From assembly GCA_041938985.1 (NCBI GenBank), contig JBGTUV010000001.1, forward strand, positions 1 through 39,142: a stretch of DNA of 39,142 bases. Reading direction: 5' to 3'. The first letter of the stretch is position 1. Each line of letters begins with the position of its first letter. This document shows positions 24,584 to 34,143 of this stretch, one piece after another. Both the position numbers and the translations under genes were made by a program. Under the pieces are notes generated by a model. The model saw only the letters and a program-made list of their open reading frames with translations, was not told the origin of the DNA and searched no databases. This stretch comes from Candidatus Nitromaritima sp. (lineage in GTDB: Bacteria; Nitrospinota; Nitrospinia; Nitrospinales; VA-1).

Positions 24584-26304
24584 TTTTTCTTGCTTAGGGT
24601 AAAGTAAAAAGTCGTGCCTTCGCCTGGGGTACTTTCTAACCAGACTTCTCCATCGTAAAATTCCACTACCTTTTTAACCAAGGCCAGTCCTAATCCGTTG
24701 GATTCACCGTCTGGATTTAGGGATTGAAATATCTTAAATATCTTCTCGTGGTATTCCGGAGGAATTCCCTGTCCATTATCGGTCACACTGAATTGGTAAA
24801 AGGTTTCTTTATCTTCGGAGCAGATCCTTACAAAACCTTTCTCCTTATCGTTGTATTTAATTGCATTCACCATCAAGTTTTGAAACAGTTGTTGCAACAT
24901 TACCCGACTGGCCAAAACCACTGGAAGCCGCTTCGGAATTTGAACTTCTATGCGACTCGGAATATATATTGTTTTGACAATATCACAGACTAGTTCTCCT
25001 GTGTCCACAACAGAAAAATCTTCGTCGCTTTGATCTATAGCTGCATATTTAAGAACATTAGAAATTAATTTTTCCATTTTATCTATAGTACTTTCTAAAA
25101 GATCAAAATGTTCTTTTGACTTAGTGTTCAAAGTATCGAAGTTGTCTTCTCGTATCCAAGCCGTAAGTGCATTTATACTTCGCAATGGAGACTTCAAGTC
25201 ATGAGATACTACATGAGCATATTCACTGAGTTCGTTGTTAGACCTTTCAAGTTGTCGCAACAATTTTACATTGCGCATTTCACTTTTTTTGCGTGCTTCA
25301 AAATCTAAAGCCGAATTCAATTGCAATGCAACCAAATTAGAAACAGTATTTAATGTTCCCAATTGGAATTCGGTAAAATAATTTTTCGACTGATGTTCAG
25401 CATCAATAACTCCAACTAATTCACCATTCAATAGTATAGGAACCGTAATTTCAGATAGCCTAATCGCATCATCAACTATATATCTGTTATCTGCGGTGGT
25501 ATCAGGTATAATTTCCCCGATGCCCGATTTTGCAACCGTTCCAACAATACCCTTACCAAGAGGAATTTCTATTGGATTTACTATAGTTCCATAGTCATTC
25601 AATTTTGCGCCAACAGCTGAAATTTGTTGCAAAGCATTCATCTCCGGACGCTTAATGTACACTATACAATCGTTTGTGCCCAAAAAGTCAGCAACCCTTT
25701 TTGCGATTGCTGTACCTATTTCAATGAGATTAACTTTTCCTAATATACATTGAGAAACTTCAGAAATAAAAGACAAAGCATTGGTTTCGTTGAGCTGCTC
25801 TGTTATGTCTCTTACAATACCTTGAGCAGCTATGGGTCGCTTTTTATTGTCTAGTACTACCGAGGCATTGATCTGTACCCATCGGACACCTTGATGACGG
25901 GTTAACACGCGAGCCTGATAATTGGTAAAATATCCTTTCTCTGTTAGCACTTGAAAGGACTCCATAGCGTAGACAAAATCTTCTGGATAGATCAATGAGG
26001 TAACATTGACCTTTTCCTGCTCATAATCAAAGCCGAAGAGTTTGGTCGCTGCCTCGTTCATTCGCAAGATGTTCCCACCTAAGTCCATCACCACGTAGGC
26101 ATCGACTATATTCTCGAAAATTCCTTGGAGCTGGGAATCTCTTTCGCCCAGAAGCACCTCCAGTTTTTCATTGGCCTCGTGCAATTGCTCCGTGCGCTGA
26201 TAGAGCTCAGCGGCTTTGTCCTCCAGGATCTTTTCTGCCTGTTTCCTGGCAGCTTTCTCCCGTTCGAGTTTTCTTAGAAGGAGTCTATGCTCGTTGTTAT
26301 CCAT
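24580..26304 (-). CDS. Coiled-coil/PAS/GAF sensor histidine kinase
   Basis: A PAS-like region (FENIVDAYVVMD...), a GAF-like middle, the H-box HVVSHDLKSPLRSI, then DNGQGI and GLGLALV. It has an ATGA overlap with the FIST gene. Confidence 0.8.
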   Translation of the reverse strand: MDNNEHRLLLRKLEREKAARKQAEKILEDKAAELYQRTEQLHEANEKLEVLLGERDSQLQGIFENIVDAYVVMDLGGNILRMNEAATKLFGFDYEQEKVNVTSLIYPEDFVYAMESFQVLTEKGYFTNYQARVLTRHQGVRWVQINASVVLDNKKRPIAAQGIVRDITEQLNETNALSFISEVSQCILGKVNLIEIGTAIAKRVADFLGTNDCIVYIKRPEMNALQQISAVGAKLNDYGTIVNPIEIPLGKGIVGTVAKSGIGEIIPDTTADNRYIVDDAIRLSEITVPILLNGELVGVIDAEHQSKNYFTEFQLGTLNTVSNLVALQLNSALDFEARKKSEMRNVKLLRQLERSNNELSEYAHVVSHDLKSPLRSINALTAWIREDNFDTLNTKSKEHFDLLESTIDKMEKLISNVLKYAAIDQSDEDFSVVDTGELVCDIVKTIYIPSRIEVQIPKRLPVVLASRVMLQQLFQNLMVNAIKYNDKEKGFVRICSEDKETFYQFSVTDNGQGIPPEYHEKIFKIFQSLNPDGESNGLGLALVKKVVEFYDGEVWLESTPGEGTTFYFTLSKKK

Positions 26305-26839
26305 TACTGGAAATTACGAATTTAACCTCAGATCCGTCTTCTTTAAGCATGTCCATGGTTATAGTCGCTTCTTGGTTGAAGTGTTTAAAGGTTTGTTCCA
26401 TCAATCCCAAACCAAAATTATACATCGATCTAGAAGAGCTGTAAACCATTACAAGGTGGTTCGCACTTTGTTCTTGGATGTCAAAAGTAGGGAGCTGAGC
26501 GTCCGGGTAGATCTTTCTCACTTCCACGTGAATGTGATTCTCGATAGAAGCAAGCATTTCGATAGGATCCTTGTACAATTCCAAAAAAGAAGGGTATTCT
26601 CTTTTAATGACCTGAAAGAAATGCTCTGCAAAAACGCGCTGCAAGGTGCCGACATCTATTCCTGTCTTTGCACTGAGATGCATTAAAAGCTGTAGCATCT
26701 CTCCAAAATCGTAAGTTCCAACAGCGGTGTAAACCCCACCTGAAGGTAAATCTGACTGATCGATGATATAGTCTACGGTCTCTAGGCCAAACTTTTCTTC
26801 GACCAATTCTATAAGTTCTGTAAATATAATTCCTTTCAT
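26297..26839 (-). CDS. H-NOX (heme nitric oxide/oxygen-binding) domain protein
   Basis: N-terminus MKGIIFTELIELVEEKFG, candidate proximal His in IENHIHVEV (H104), the P..P.F pattern and the YxSxR motif (YSSSR, residues 133-137). It overlaps the downstream kinase gene by 8 nt. Confidence 0.85.
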   Translation of the reverse strand: MKGIIFTELIELVEEKFGLETVDYIIDQSDLPSGGVYTAVGTYDFGEMLQLLMHLSAKTGIDVGTLQRVFAEHFFQVIKREYPSFLELYKDPIEMLASIENHIHVEVRKIYPDAQLPTFDIQEQSANHLVMVYSSSRSMYNFGLGLMEQTFKHFNQEATITMDMLKEDGSEVKFVISSNG

Positions 26840-26849
26840 GGATGATGTG

Positions 26850-27269
26850 TTACGTCAAAACAGGTTTTGTGAGTTCGTTATTTTCCCAATAGGCCAAAAC
26901 AGCGCCCATTCGGTTTACATAGTCTTGGTATTGCAAGGGCTTTAATATGTATCCGGCAACGCCAATCTCATAGCAGGCAAAAAGGTCTTTTTTGTTACTC
27001 GAAGTAGTTAGTACAACTGTCGGTAAGAATTTAAGGCGATCGTCTTTCTTTAGGATCGCCAAAAATTCCAGACCATTCAATCGCGGCATATTGAGGTCTA
27101 GAAATACGAGATCTGGTAAACGGCGGGCATCTTTTAAATACTCTAAAGCGTCCTCGCCGTTGTTTACGGGGATCACCTTGTGCTGGGTGCTGAGTTTTTT
27201 AAAAGCCCTTTCTAGCTTCATGATCTCTATTTGATCATCTTCTAGTAATAGGATTTCTAATGTTTTCAT
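26850..27269 (-). CDS. Single-domain CheY-like response regulator
   Basis: ILLLEDD, VFLDLNMP, VVLTTS and GYILKP. The likely ATG is at 27269 (the track start is TTG). Confidence 0.8.
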   Translation of the reverse strand: MKTLEILLLEDDQIEIMKLERAFKKLSTQHKVIPVNNGEDALEYLKDARRLPDLVFLDLNMPRLNGLEFLAILKKDDRLKFLPTVVLTTSSNKKDLFACYEIGVAGYILKPLQYQDYVNRMGAVLAYWENNELTKPVLT

Positions 27270-27441
27270 AGGGGTATCATGGATATGCAAAAGTGTTAAA
27301 TAATACAAATTTTGCCGTTTAAGTTTCGACGAATACGCCGTTTAGTGCCGACAGGTGGTAATTTGGGTACGATTAGTGGAAAAATCGGCCCGTTGAAAAA
27401 CTACAGTTTACGTAACTTTATTTCGGCTAAAATAAGAAGCT

Positions 27442-30400
27442 ATGACCCAAACTGCAAATGCAGCTATCCTTAAGGAAATAAAGGCCCATTATGGCCTGGA
27501 TGGAACCTTAGACTTGCTCTACGGAGAATACACTCAGAATTATCATTTTAAAACCAGTAATGCGCAAGACTTTTTAGTTAAGCTCGGACCCGAAAATGCA
27601 GCTCAGGATACAGCCAAATTTGAGCAAGAGCTGCTCTTGTATCTCACCCAAAAGCACAGCGGAATAAAAGTTCCGGTTCCAATAGAAACTAAGACAGGCG
27701 AATCTCATTGTACCATCGCCCTTAACAGTGGCCAACACTCCTTACGCATTATTAGCTGGATTCCTGGAAAGTTATGGTCTGCCGTAAATCCGCATACAAA
27801 ACAACTCAGATACGAACTTGGAAAAGCGAGCGGCGGACTTTTAGAGGCGCTACAAAGTTTTAATGCGGATGCTTGCAGTCTGAATCCGAAGTGGGAACTC
27901 AATAAGGCTGACTGGTGCCAAGACGAACTCCACAACTTCAATACTGCCGAAAGGCAATTGTTGGCATTTTTCTTAGATCGATATAAAGCCGACAAGGCTG
28001 CATATCAAAAACTGAGAAAACAATGGATTCACAACGACTTGAACGACAATAACATTCTGGTCGATATCAAAAAAGAACAGATAAACGGACTAATAGATTT
28101 TGGCGATGCGAGCTACGGGCAGACCATTAACGAAATTGCTGTGTGTAGTGCTTATCTTATCAGTGGATTCCCTGATCCTTTAGATACCCTCAACCCTTTT
28201 TTACAAGGAGTGCATGAGGTATTCCCACTGCAAGAAGAGGAATTGCAACACCTCTACACCTTGATCGGTATGCGTTTGGTTCTGAGTGCAGTGCATGGCA
28301 AAATAAATGCCTTGGCAGAACCTGACAATCAATACCTACAAATAAGTCAAAAGGCCGTATGGGAAAATCTAAAACTTTGGAGCGCCATCCATCCGAGATT
28401 TGCGCATTACAGTTTCAGAAAGGCCTGCGGGTATGATGCCCACCCACAAACTCAGGCCTTTAAGACCTGGGCGAATCAGCAGCAAAGAAGCTTCGACGAA
28501 ATATTTCCAACAACAAGCTTTAAAGCAGCACAGCACCTAGACCTCAGCGTTTCTAGTTTGTGGATAGGTACTCAAGAATTATTCAACGATCTGGAATTGT
28601 TTGAGTTTAAGATCGATAGATTACAGGCTAAAAATCCAGATAAGATCATTGCCGGAGGCTATCAAGAACCGCGCCCCCTTTATACCGATCCTGCCTACGA
28701 TACGGTGGGCAACTACGGCGCACAAAGTAGAACCGTACATCTGGGTGTTGATTTTTGGCTGCCCGCTAATACCCCTGTACACAGTTTACATGCAGGAGAA
28801 GTTGTGATCGCTGTCAATGACCAAGGCAACAAAGAATACGGCGGCTTAGTGGTCCTAAAACACAAGGAAGAAGATCTGGAATTTTACACGCTCTACGGAC
28901 ACTTGATTCCAGAGACTGCCTTAGCACATCAAGTGGGGGACACCATAGCCGCAGGTGGTTTAGTGGGTATGCTTGGAGCCGCTCACGAAAATGGCAGTTG
29001 GTCTCCTCATTTGCATTATCAATTTATGTTAGACCTTTTAGATTATACCGATGATTTTCCTGGGGTCTGTTATGCACATCAGCGCGGAATATGGCGTGAC
29101 CTCTGTCCAGATCCGAATCTGTTTTTCAAAGATCCCGAACTGAATGGTGATGAAAAGAACCAATCCGATGAACTGCTAAAAAAACGCAAAGAGGTATTGG
29201 GCTATAGCATGAGTTTGTCTTATGACAGCCCCTTGCATATAGTTCGCGGACAGGGCGTTTATTTGGTAGATTCCTGGGGACGCAAATACATAGACACCGT
29301 AAACAATGTTGCTCATGTTGGGCACGAACATCCGCAGGTAGTGGAGGCTGCTCAAAAACAAATGGCAGCCTTGAATACCAACACCCGCTATTTGCATAAG
29401 AATGTGATCAAGTTTGCAGAAGACCTCTTAAAGACCTTTCCTAAGGAGCTTTGTGTAGTGCATTTTGTGAATTCGGGCAGTGAGGCCAATGAGCTTGCTG
29501 TTCGAATGACAGAAGCGGTGACAGGGTCTAGACATATGCTGGTATCAGAAAGCGGATACCACGGCAACACCAGAACCTGTGTGGATCTGAGTCACTATAA
29601 ATTCGCGCGAAAAGGAGGTTATGAGCCTCCGGCTACTACCCACGTTTTTCCAATTCCTGATGCCTTTAGAGGCAATCACCGCGGAGCCGAAGCAGGCTTA
29701 GCCTATGCAGAGGATCTGGGGCGAAAAATTGAGGTCATTGAAAGTCAAGGAATAAGACTTGGAGGACTGCTCTTGGAATCTGTACTTAGTTGTGGCGGGC
29801 AAATACCACTACCTCCTAACTTTTTAAAAGCAGCTTACAAAGAGGTAAGAGCTGCCGGTGGCCTCTGTATAGCAGACGAGGTGCAAGTGGGTATGGGTCG
29901 CTTGGGAGACAGCTTCTGGGGGTTTCAGCAATACGATGTGGTTCCAGACATAGTGACCATAGGCAAACCATTAGGCAATGGGCACCCCGTAGCCGCGGTA
30001 GTTTGTACTGCGGAGGTGGCATCAGCTTTTAACAACGGCATGGAATATTTCAACACCTTTGGCGGAAACCCGGTGTCTGCCGCCATTGGATCTGCAGTCT
30101 TGGCCGTTATTGAGCAAGAAGATCTCATGCAAAACGCCCAAAGTGTTGGCGATCAACTCCTCAGCGGACTAAGAGCCTTGCAAAAAGAGTATCCTATCAT
30201 TGCAGATGTTCGGGGCAAAGGCTTCTTTTTAGGCTTTGAACTGTGCGACTCCAACTTAAAACCCCTTACAGCACAGGCCAAATACCTGGCCAACCGCATG
30301 AAGTATTACGGTTTTTTAATGTCTGTAGACGGCCCGGACGACAACGTGGTCAAGATAAAACCACCCATGGTATTTAGCCCGCACAATGCAGAGCAATTGC

Positions 30401-30447
30401 TACACTATCTAGAAAAAATCCTCAATGAAGATCCAATGTACCCTTAG
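27442..30447 (+). CDS. Tri-domain fusion: APH-type kinase, M23 peptidase domain and class III PLP aminotransferase/phospho-lyase-like domain
   Basis: Kinase motifs [13 protein letters not shown] and [11 protein letters not shown]23 motifs HLGVDFW (HxxxD) and SPHLHYQ (HxH). Class III motifs [27 protein letters not shown] and [12 protein letters not shown] (PLP Lys). Confidence 0.8.
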   Translation: MTQTANAAILKEIKAHYGLDGTLDLLYGEYTQNYHFKTSNAQDFLVKLGPENAAQDTAKFEQELLLYLTQKHSGIKVPVPIETKTGESHCTIALNSGQHSLRIISWIPGKLWSAVNPHTKQLRYELGKASGGLLEALQSFNADACSLNPKWELNKADWCQDELHNFNTAERQLLAFFLDRYKADKAAYQKLRKQWIHNDLNDNNILVDIKKEQINGLIDFGDASYGQTINEIAVCSAYLISGFPDPLDTLNPFLQGVHEVFPLQEEELQHLYTLIGMRLVLSAVHGKINALAEPDNQYLQISQKAVWENLKLWSAIHPRFAHYSFRKACGYDAHPQTQAFKTWANQQQRSFDEIFPTTSFKAAQHLDLSVSSLWIGTQELFNDLELFEFKIDRLQAKNPDKIIAGGYQEPRPLYTDPAYDTVGNYGAQSRTVHLGVDFWLPANTPVHSLHAGEVVIAVNDQGNKEYGGLVVLKHKEEDLEFYTLYGHLIPETALAHQVGDTIAAGGLVGMLGAAHENGSWSPHLHYQFMLDLLDYTDDFPGVCYAHQRGIWRDLCPDPNLFFKDPELNGDEKNQSDELLKKRKEVLGYSMSLSYDSPLHIVRGQGVYLVDSWGRKYIDTVNNVAHVGHEHPQVVEAAQKQMAALNTNTRYLHKNVIKFAEDLLKTFPKELCVVHFVNSGSEANELAVRMTEAVTGSRHMLVSESGYHGNTRTCVDLSHYKFARKGGYEPPATTHVFPIPDAFRGNHRGAEAGLAYAEDLGRKIEVIESQGIRLGGLLLESVLSCGGQIPLPPNFLKAAYKEVRAAGGLCIADEVQVGMGRLGDSFWGFQQYDVVPDIVTIGKPLGNGHPVAAVVCTAEVASAFNNGMEYFNTFGGNPVSAAIGSAVLAVIEQEDLMQNAQSVGDQLLSGLRALQKEYPIIADVRGKGFFLGFELCDSNLKPLTAQAKYLANRMKYYGFLMSVDGPDDNVVKIKPPMVFSPHNAEQLLHYLEKILNEDPMYP

Positions 30448-30850
30448 TATCACCTTGAGCCGCTTGTAAAATACTTATACGCTTTAAATTTTCTTTTAAA
30501 ACGGTTTGCGACGGTGCAATAAGATCATGCATAGCGCAGGGATTTTCGTAATCACATTGGTGCAGACCTAGTACGCAGCTTCCAAAGGTATCTCTGCCTT
30601 CTACTATGAGAATAACCCGATACACTGAATTTTGCTTTTGTTTGTGACTCAGATAAAAACCTCCGTTAGGTCCTTTTATTCCACTAACCAGATTAGAATG
30701 TGCAAGCTGCTGCAATATTTTAGATAGAAATGCTTTCGGCACATCAATCTCCTTTGCCAGATTAGACGCTAGTATTTTGTTCTGCTTGTCGCTATTGGCA
30801 GCCAGATGAATTAGCGCTTTTACGGCATATTGAGCGGATTTAGACAACAT
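30422..30850 (-). CDS. Rrf2-family transcriptional regulator (NsrR/IscR-like, three Cys)
   Basis: MLSKSAQYAVKALIHLA wHTH N-terminus and the Cys triad CVLGLHQCDYENPC. The likely ATG is at 30850. Its 3' end overlaps the convergent fusion gene by 26 nt. Confidence 0.8.
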   Translation of the reverse strand: MLSKSAQYAVKALIHLAANSDKQNKILASNLAKEIDVPKAFLSKILQQLAHSNLVSGIKGPNGGFYLSHKQKQNSVYRVILIVEGRDTFGSCVLGLHQCDYENPCAMHDLIAPSQTVLKENLKRISILQAAQGDTKGTLDLH

Positions 30851-30905
30851 ATATTCTTCTTCTTTTTTTGCATTAAAAGATAAAAATATCCTTTTATCCT
30901 TTTTT

Positions 30906-30919
30906 ATGACAATTGTCAT
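30906..30919. promoter_or_regulatory. Perfect 14-bp palindrome ATGACAATTGTCAT in the divergent promoter
   Basis: Read directly from the sequence. It lies between the Rrf2 gene and the cytochrome c/nosZ operon. A tandem ATCCTTTT x2 lies just upstream at about 30884-30899. Confidence 0.4.
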
Positions 30920-30966
30920 ATTTTAACTACTTAGGCCAATCTACTTTTGAATCAAAATCAACAACT

Positions 30967-31473
30967 ATGAGAATTTCAAAAGTCTTCATTTCATGTCTCT
31001 TAGCTTCTTTTTTGATTGGATGTGGCGAGACAGAAGAAAAAAAAGAATCCAATCAAATCAAAATTGGAGGCAATAAAACCGAAACTCCTAAACAACAACC
31101 ACAAACCTCTGCAATTTCTGCCGAGAAAACAATAGATCTTAATAATAAAGGAGTCGGCCCGATAAAATCACTTACCCTCAGTGAGACCATAGATCAAAAC
31201 ATGGTTGCCAAAGGTGCAGAGGTATTTAAATACAAGTGTACCGCTTGTCATAAGATAGGCAGTAAATTCATTGGCCCAGCTCCAAATGGCATTTTAAAGA
31301 GACGGTCACCTGAATGGGTTATGAACATGATTCTGGACCCAGAGGGTATGGTAAATAATGACCCATTAGCCAAGCAACTTCTTCTTGAGTACAACGGCTC
31401 CCCTATGGCAAATCAAAACTTGACAGAGGATGAAGCCAGATCCATACTAGAATATTTCAGAACACTTCAATAG
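30967..31473 (+). CDS. Lipoprotein c-type cytochrome
   Basis: Lipobox LASFLIGCG and a single CXXCH site (CTACH). The likely ATG is at 30967. Confidence 0.75.
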   Translation: MRISKVFISCLLASFLIGCGETEEKKESNQIKIGGNKTETPKQQPQTSAISAEKTIDLNNKGVGPIKSLTLSETIDQNMVAKGAEVFKYKCTACHKIGSKFIGPAPNGILKRRSPEWVMNMILDPEGMVNNDPLAKQLLLEYNGSPMANQNLTEDEARSILEYFRTLQ

Positions 31474-31497
31474 CTAAAACATCAAAAAACAACAACA

Positions 31498-32073
31498 ATG
31501 AAACTAATGCGCAACTTATTGTTCGTCTTGTGGATCTTTCCTTTACTGATGGCCTGCAACAACAGATCAGCGGAAAGCAACGCCCAGGATGACAAGACAA
31601 CAACAGAAACGACAGACCAGAACCGCACAGGACAAGCTTTTATTGAAGACGATGAGTCCAAACCTACTGTCCTAGACATAGCCATCGGCTCCAAAGACCA
31701 CACTACGCTCGTAGCCGGGGTGCAAGCCGCACAATTGGAGAATGCCTTGGTAAACGCAGGTCCTTTGATGGTATTTGCTCCTACCAATGACGCCTTTGCT
31801 GCATTGCCCGAAGGCACTTTAGACAACTTGCTTAAACCAGAGAATAAAGACCAATTGGCTTTTATTTTAAAGCATCACGTCACTCCAGGTAATTACACAA
31901 AAGAATTTCTGAAAAAATTTAAGAAGCTTGGTCAGGCCAGCAATCTCAATATCACCGTAGAAGTAAAGGGTGATGATGTCTATGTAGGCGGCGCAAAAAT
32001 TCTGGCAAGTGTACCAGCAGGTAACGGCATTGTACATGTTGTTGATAAAGTGATTATCCCAGAACAGAATTAA
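31498..32073 (+). CDS. Fasciclin (FAS1) domain lipoprotein
   Basis: Lipobox LLMACN and the FAS1 motifs HTTLVAGV...MVFAPTNDAFAALPEGTLDNLL...ILKHHV. Confidence 0.8.
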   Translation: MKLMRNLLFVLWIFPLLMACNNRSAESNAQDDKTTTETTDQNRTGQAFIEDDESKPTVLDIAIGSKDHTTLVAGVQAAQLENALVNAGPLMVFAPTNDAFAALPEGTLDNLLKPENKDQLAFILKHHVTPGNYTKEFLKKFKKLGQASNLNITVEVKGDDVYVGGAKILASVPAGNGIVHVVDKVIIPEQN

Positions 32074-32090
32074 CACTAAAAACAAAACCA

Positions 32091-34049
32091 ATGAGATCAT
32101 TAATTAAAGGATTAGCAGCTACTTGCTTAGCTGCAATCATCTTAACAGCTTGCAACAATCAGAGCTCAAGTAAAAATGGAGCGTTATCATCTAGTGCAGC
32201 AGAGAAAGTATATGTCGCTCCCGGTGAGCAAGATGACTTTTATGCATTCCTCTCTGGCGGATATAGTGGAAACCTAACCGTTTATGGTTTGCCTTCAGGA
32301 CGCATGTTCAAGGAAATACCAGTGTTTTCACAATTCCCCACATCAGGTTATGGTTACACCGAAGAAACCAAACCGATGTTAAATACATCCTTTGGATTTG
32401 TTCCTTGGGATGACCTACACCACCCTGACATTTCTCAAACAAATGGTGAGTTAGATGGTCGATGGATCTTCGTTAACGGAAACAATACTCCGAGGATTGC
32501 GCGAATTGACCTCACAACTTTTGAAACAGTAGAGATCATTGAGGTACCTAACTGTGCGGGCAATCACAGCTCATCATATGTAACAGAGAATACAGAATAC
32601 GTCGTTGCGGGAACGCGCTTTGCCGTACCTGTTCCGCAAAGAGATATGGCGATCAAGGATAAGAAAGGAAACTTTAAGGGAGCTTTGACCTTTTATAAGG
32701 TTGACCCAGAAACAGGACACATGAATCTGGCCTTCCAAGTGTTGATGCCCGGCTTTGATTACGACAAGGCTCACCCTGGTAGAGGGAACTCTCATGGCTG
32801 GTTCTTCTTTACTACCTACAATACAGAAGAAGCAAGTACCTTAATGGAGGTAAACGCTTCTCAAAATGACAAGGATTTTATCGCTGCGTTAAACTGGCAA
32901 AAAATAGAGGCATATGTCAATGCTGGTGGTGGAACAAAAATGCCAACTAGTTATATGCATAATGTATATGATGAGACTAAGCATATGGCAACTTCGACCA
33001 CAATTACTGAAGTCCTAACGGTTGATCCTACCGAGGTGCCTGGAGCAGTGTATTTTTTACCTACTCCGAAATCACCTCACGGATGTGATGTGGACCCAAC
33101 AGGTGAATATATTGTTGGAAGCGGTAAACTATCTGCGGATGTTACAGTGCACTCTTTTACCAAGATGATGTCGGCAATTGAGAATGAAAAATTCAGCGGA
33201 AACGCTTACGGGATTCCTATCCTTGATTATGAAGCAATTTTAGGCGGAAGTGTAAAAAGCGGCGGACTAGGACCATTACATACCGAGTTTGATGCAGAAG
33301 GAAATGCTTACACCACCTTCTTTATCTCATCCGAAGTAGTAAAATGGAAACTAGGTACATGGGAAGTAGTTGATCGCAAACCGACTTTCTATTCAGTAGG
33401 TCACTTGATGATTCCTGGTGGTAATTCTAGAAAACCCTTTGGAAAGTATGTTGTTGCGATGAACAAAATCACCAAAGATCGGTATCTGCCAACTGGACCA
33501 GAACTGGAACACTCTGCACAGCTATATGACATTTCCGGAGATAAGATGCAACTTTTATCTGACTTTCCGACTCATGGTGAACCGCATTATGCAGCAGGAT
33601 GTCCCGCTGAATTACTCAAAGGAAATTCCAAAAAGATTTACAAGCTGGAGGATAACAAACACCCCTACGCTGTAATGTCGCCTGCAGATACTCGAGTAGA
33701 ACGAAACGGCAACGAAGTACATGTTTATATGTCAATGATTCGCAGCCACTTTACTCCTGATAATATCGAAGGAATAAAGGTTGGTGATAAGGTTTATTTT
33801 CACATCACTAACCACGAACAAGACTTTGACGTACCTCACGGGTTTGCAATGATTGGTGCTAATACATCGGAAGTCTTAATTATGCCTGGACAAACCAAGA
33901 CAATTGTATGGCAACCCAAGAAGCCAGGTGTATGGCCATTCTATTGCACTGACTTTTGCTCGGCATTACACCAAGAAATGCAAGGTTATGTGCGAGTCTC
34001 TCCAGCCAGTTCAAACATTGATTTATCCTGGTCCTTAGGAGAAGACTGA
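32091..34049 (+). CDS. nosZ: Nitrous-oxide reductase, clade II (Sec/lipoprotein-type)
   Basis: 652 aa with the signal/lipobox AAIILTACNN and no twin-Arg motif. The C-terminal CuA motif is CTDFCSALHQEM. nosL, nosD, nosF and nosY lie downstream. Confidence 0.92.
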   Translation: MRSLIKGLAATCLAAIILTACNNQSSSKNGALSSSAAEKVYVAPGEQDDFYAFLSGGYSGNLTVYGLPSGRMFKEIPVFSQFPTSGYGYTEETKPMLNTSFGFVPWDDLHHPDISQTNGELDGRWIFVNGNNTPRIARIDLTTFETVEIIEVPNCAGNHSSSYVTENTEYVVAGTRFAVPVPQRDMAIKDKKGNFKGALTFYKVDPETGHMNLAFQVLMPGFDYDKAHPGRGNSHGWFFFTTYNTEEASTLMEVNASQNDKDFIAALNWQKIEAYVNAGGGTKMPTSYMHNVYDETKHMATSTTITEVLTVDPTEVPGAVYFLPTPKSPHGCDVDPTGEYIVGSGKLSADVTVHSFTKMMSAIENEKFSGNAYGIPILDYEAILGGSVKSGGLGPLHTEFDAEGNAYTTFFISSEVVKWKLGTWEVVDRKPTFYSVGHLMIPGGNSRKPFGKYVVAMNKITKDRYLPTGPELEHSAQLYDISGDKMQLLSDFPTHGEPHYAAGCPAELLKGNSKKIYKLEDNKHPYAVMSPADTRVERNGNEVHVYMSMIRSHFTPDNIEGIKVGDKVYFHITNHEQDFDVPHGFAMIGANTSEVLIMPGQTKTIVWQPKKPGVWPFYCTDFCSALHQEMQGYVRVSPASSNIDLSWSLGED

Positions 34050-34101
34050 TAGGTAAGACCAAAGCAAATTTAGATTAGTGCTTATTACTTATCCTTAATT
34101 A

Positions 34102-34130
34102 GACGGGAGCGTCATTTCAGCGCTTCCGTC
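34102..34130 (+). other. Stem-loop between nosZ and the next gene
   Basis: GACGGGAGCG...GCGCTTCCGTC forms a stem with one G-U pair. The T-run is weak, so it may be a processing or attenuation element rather than a full terminator. Confidence 0.3.
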
Positions 34131-34143
34131 TTACAATAAGATT

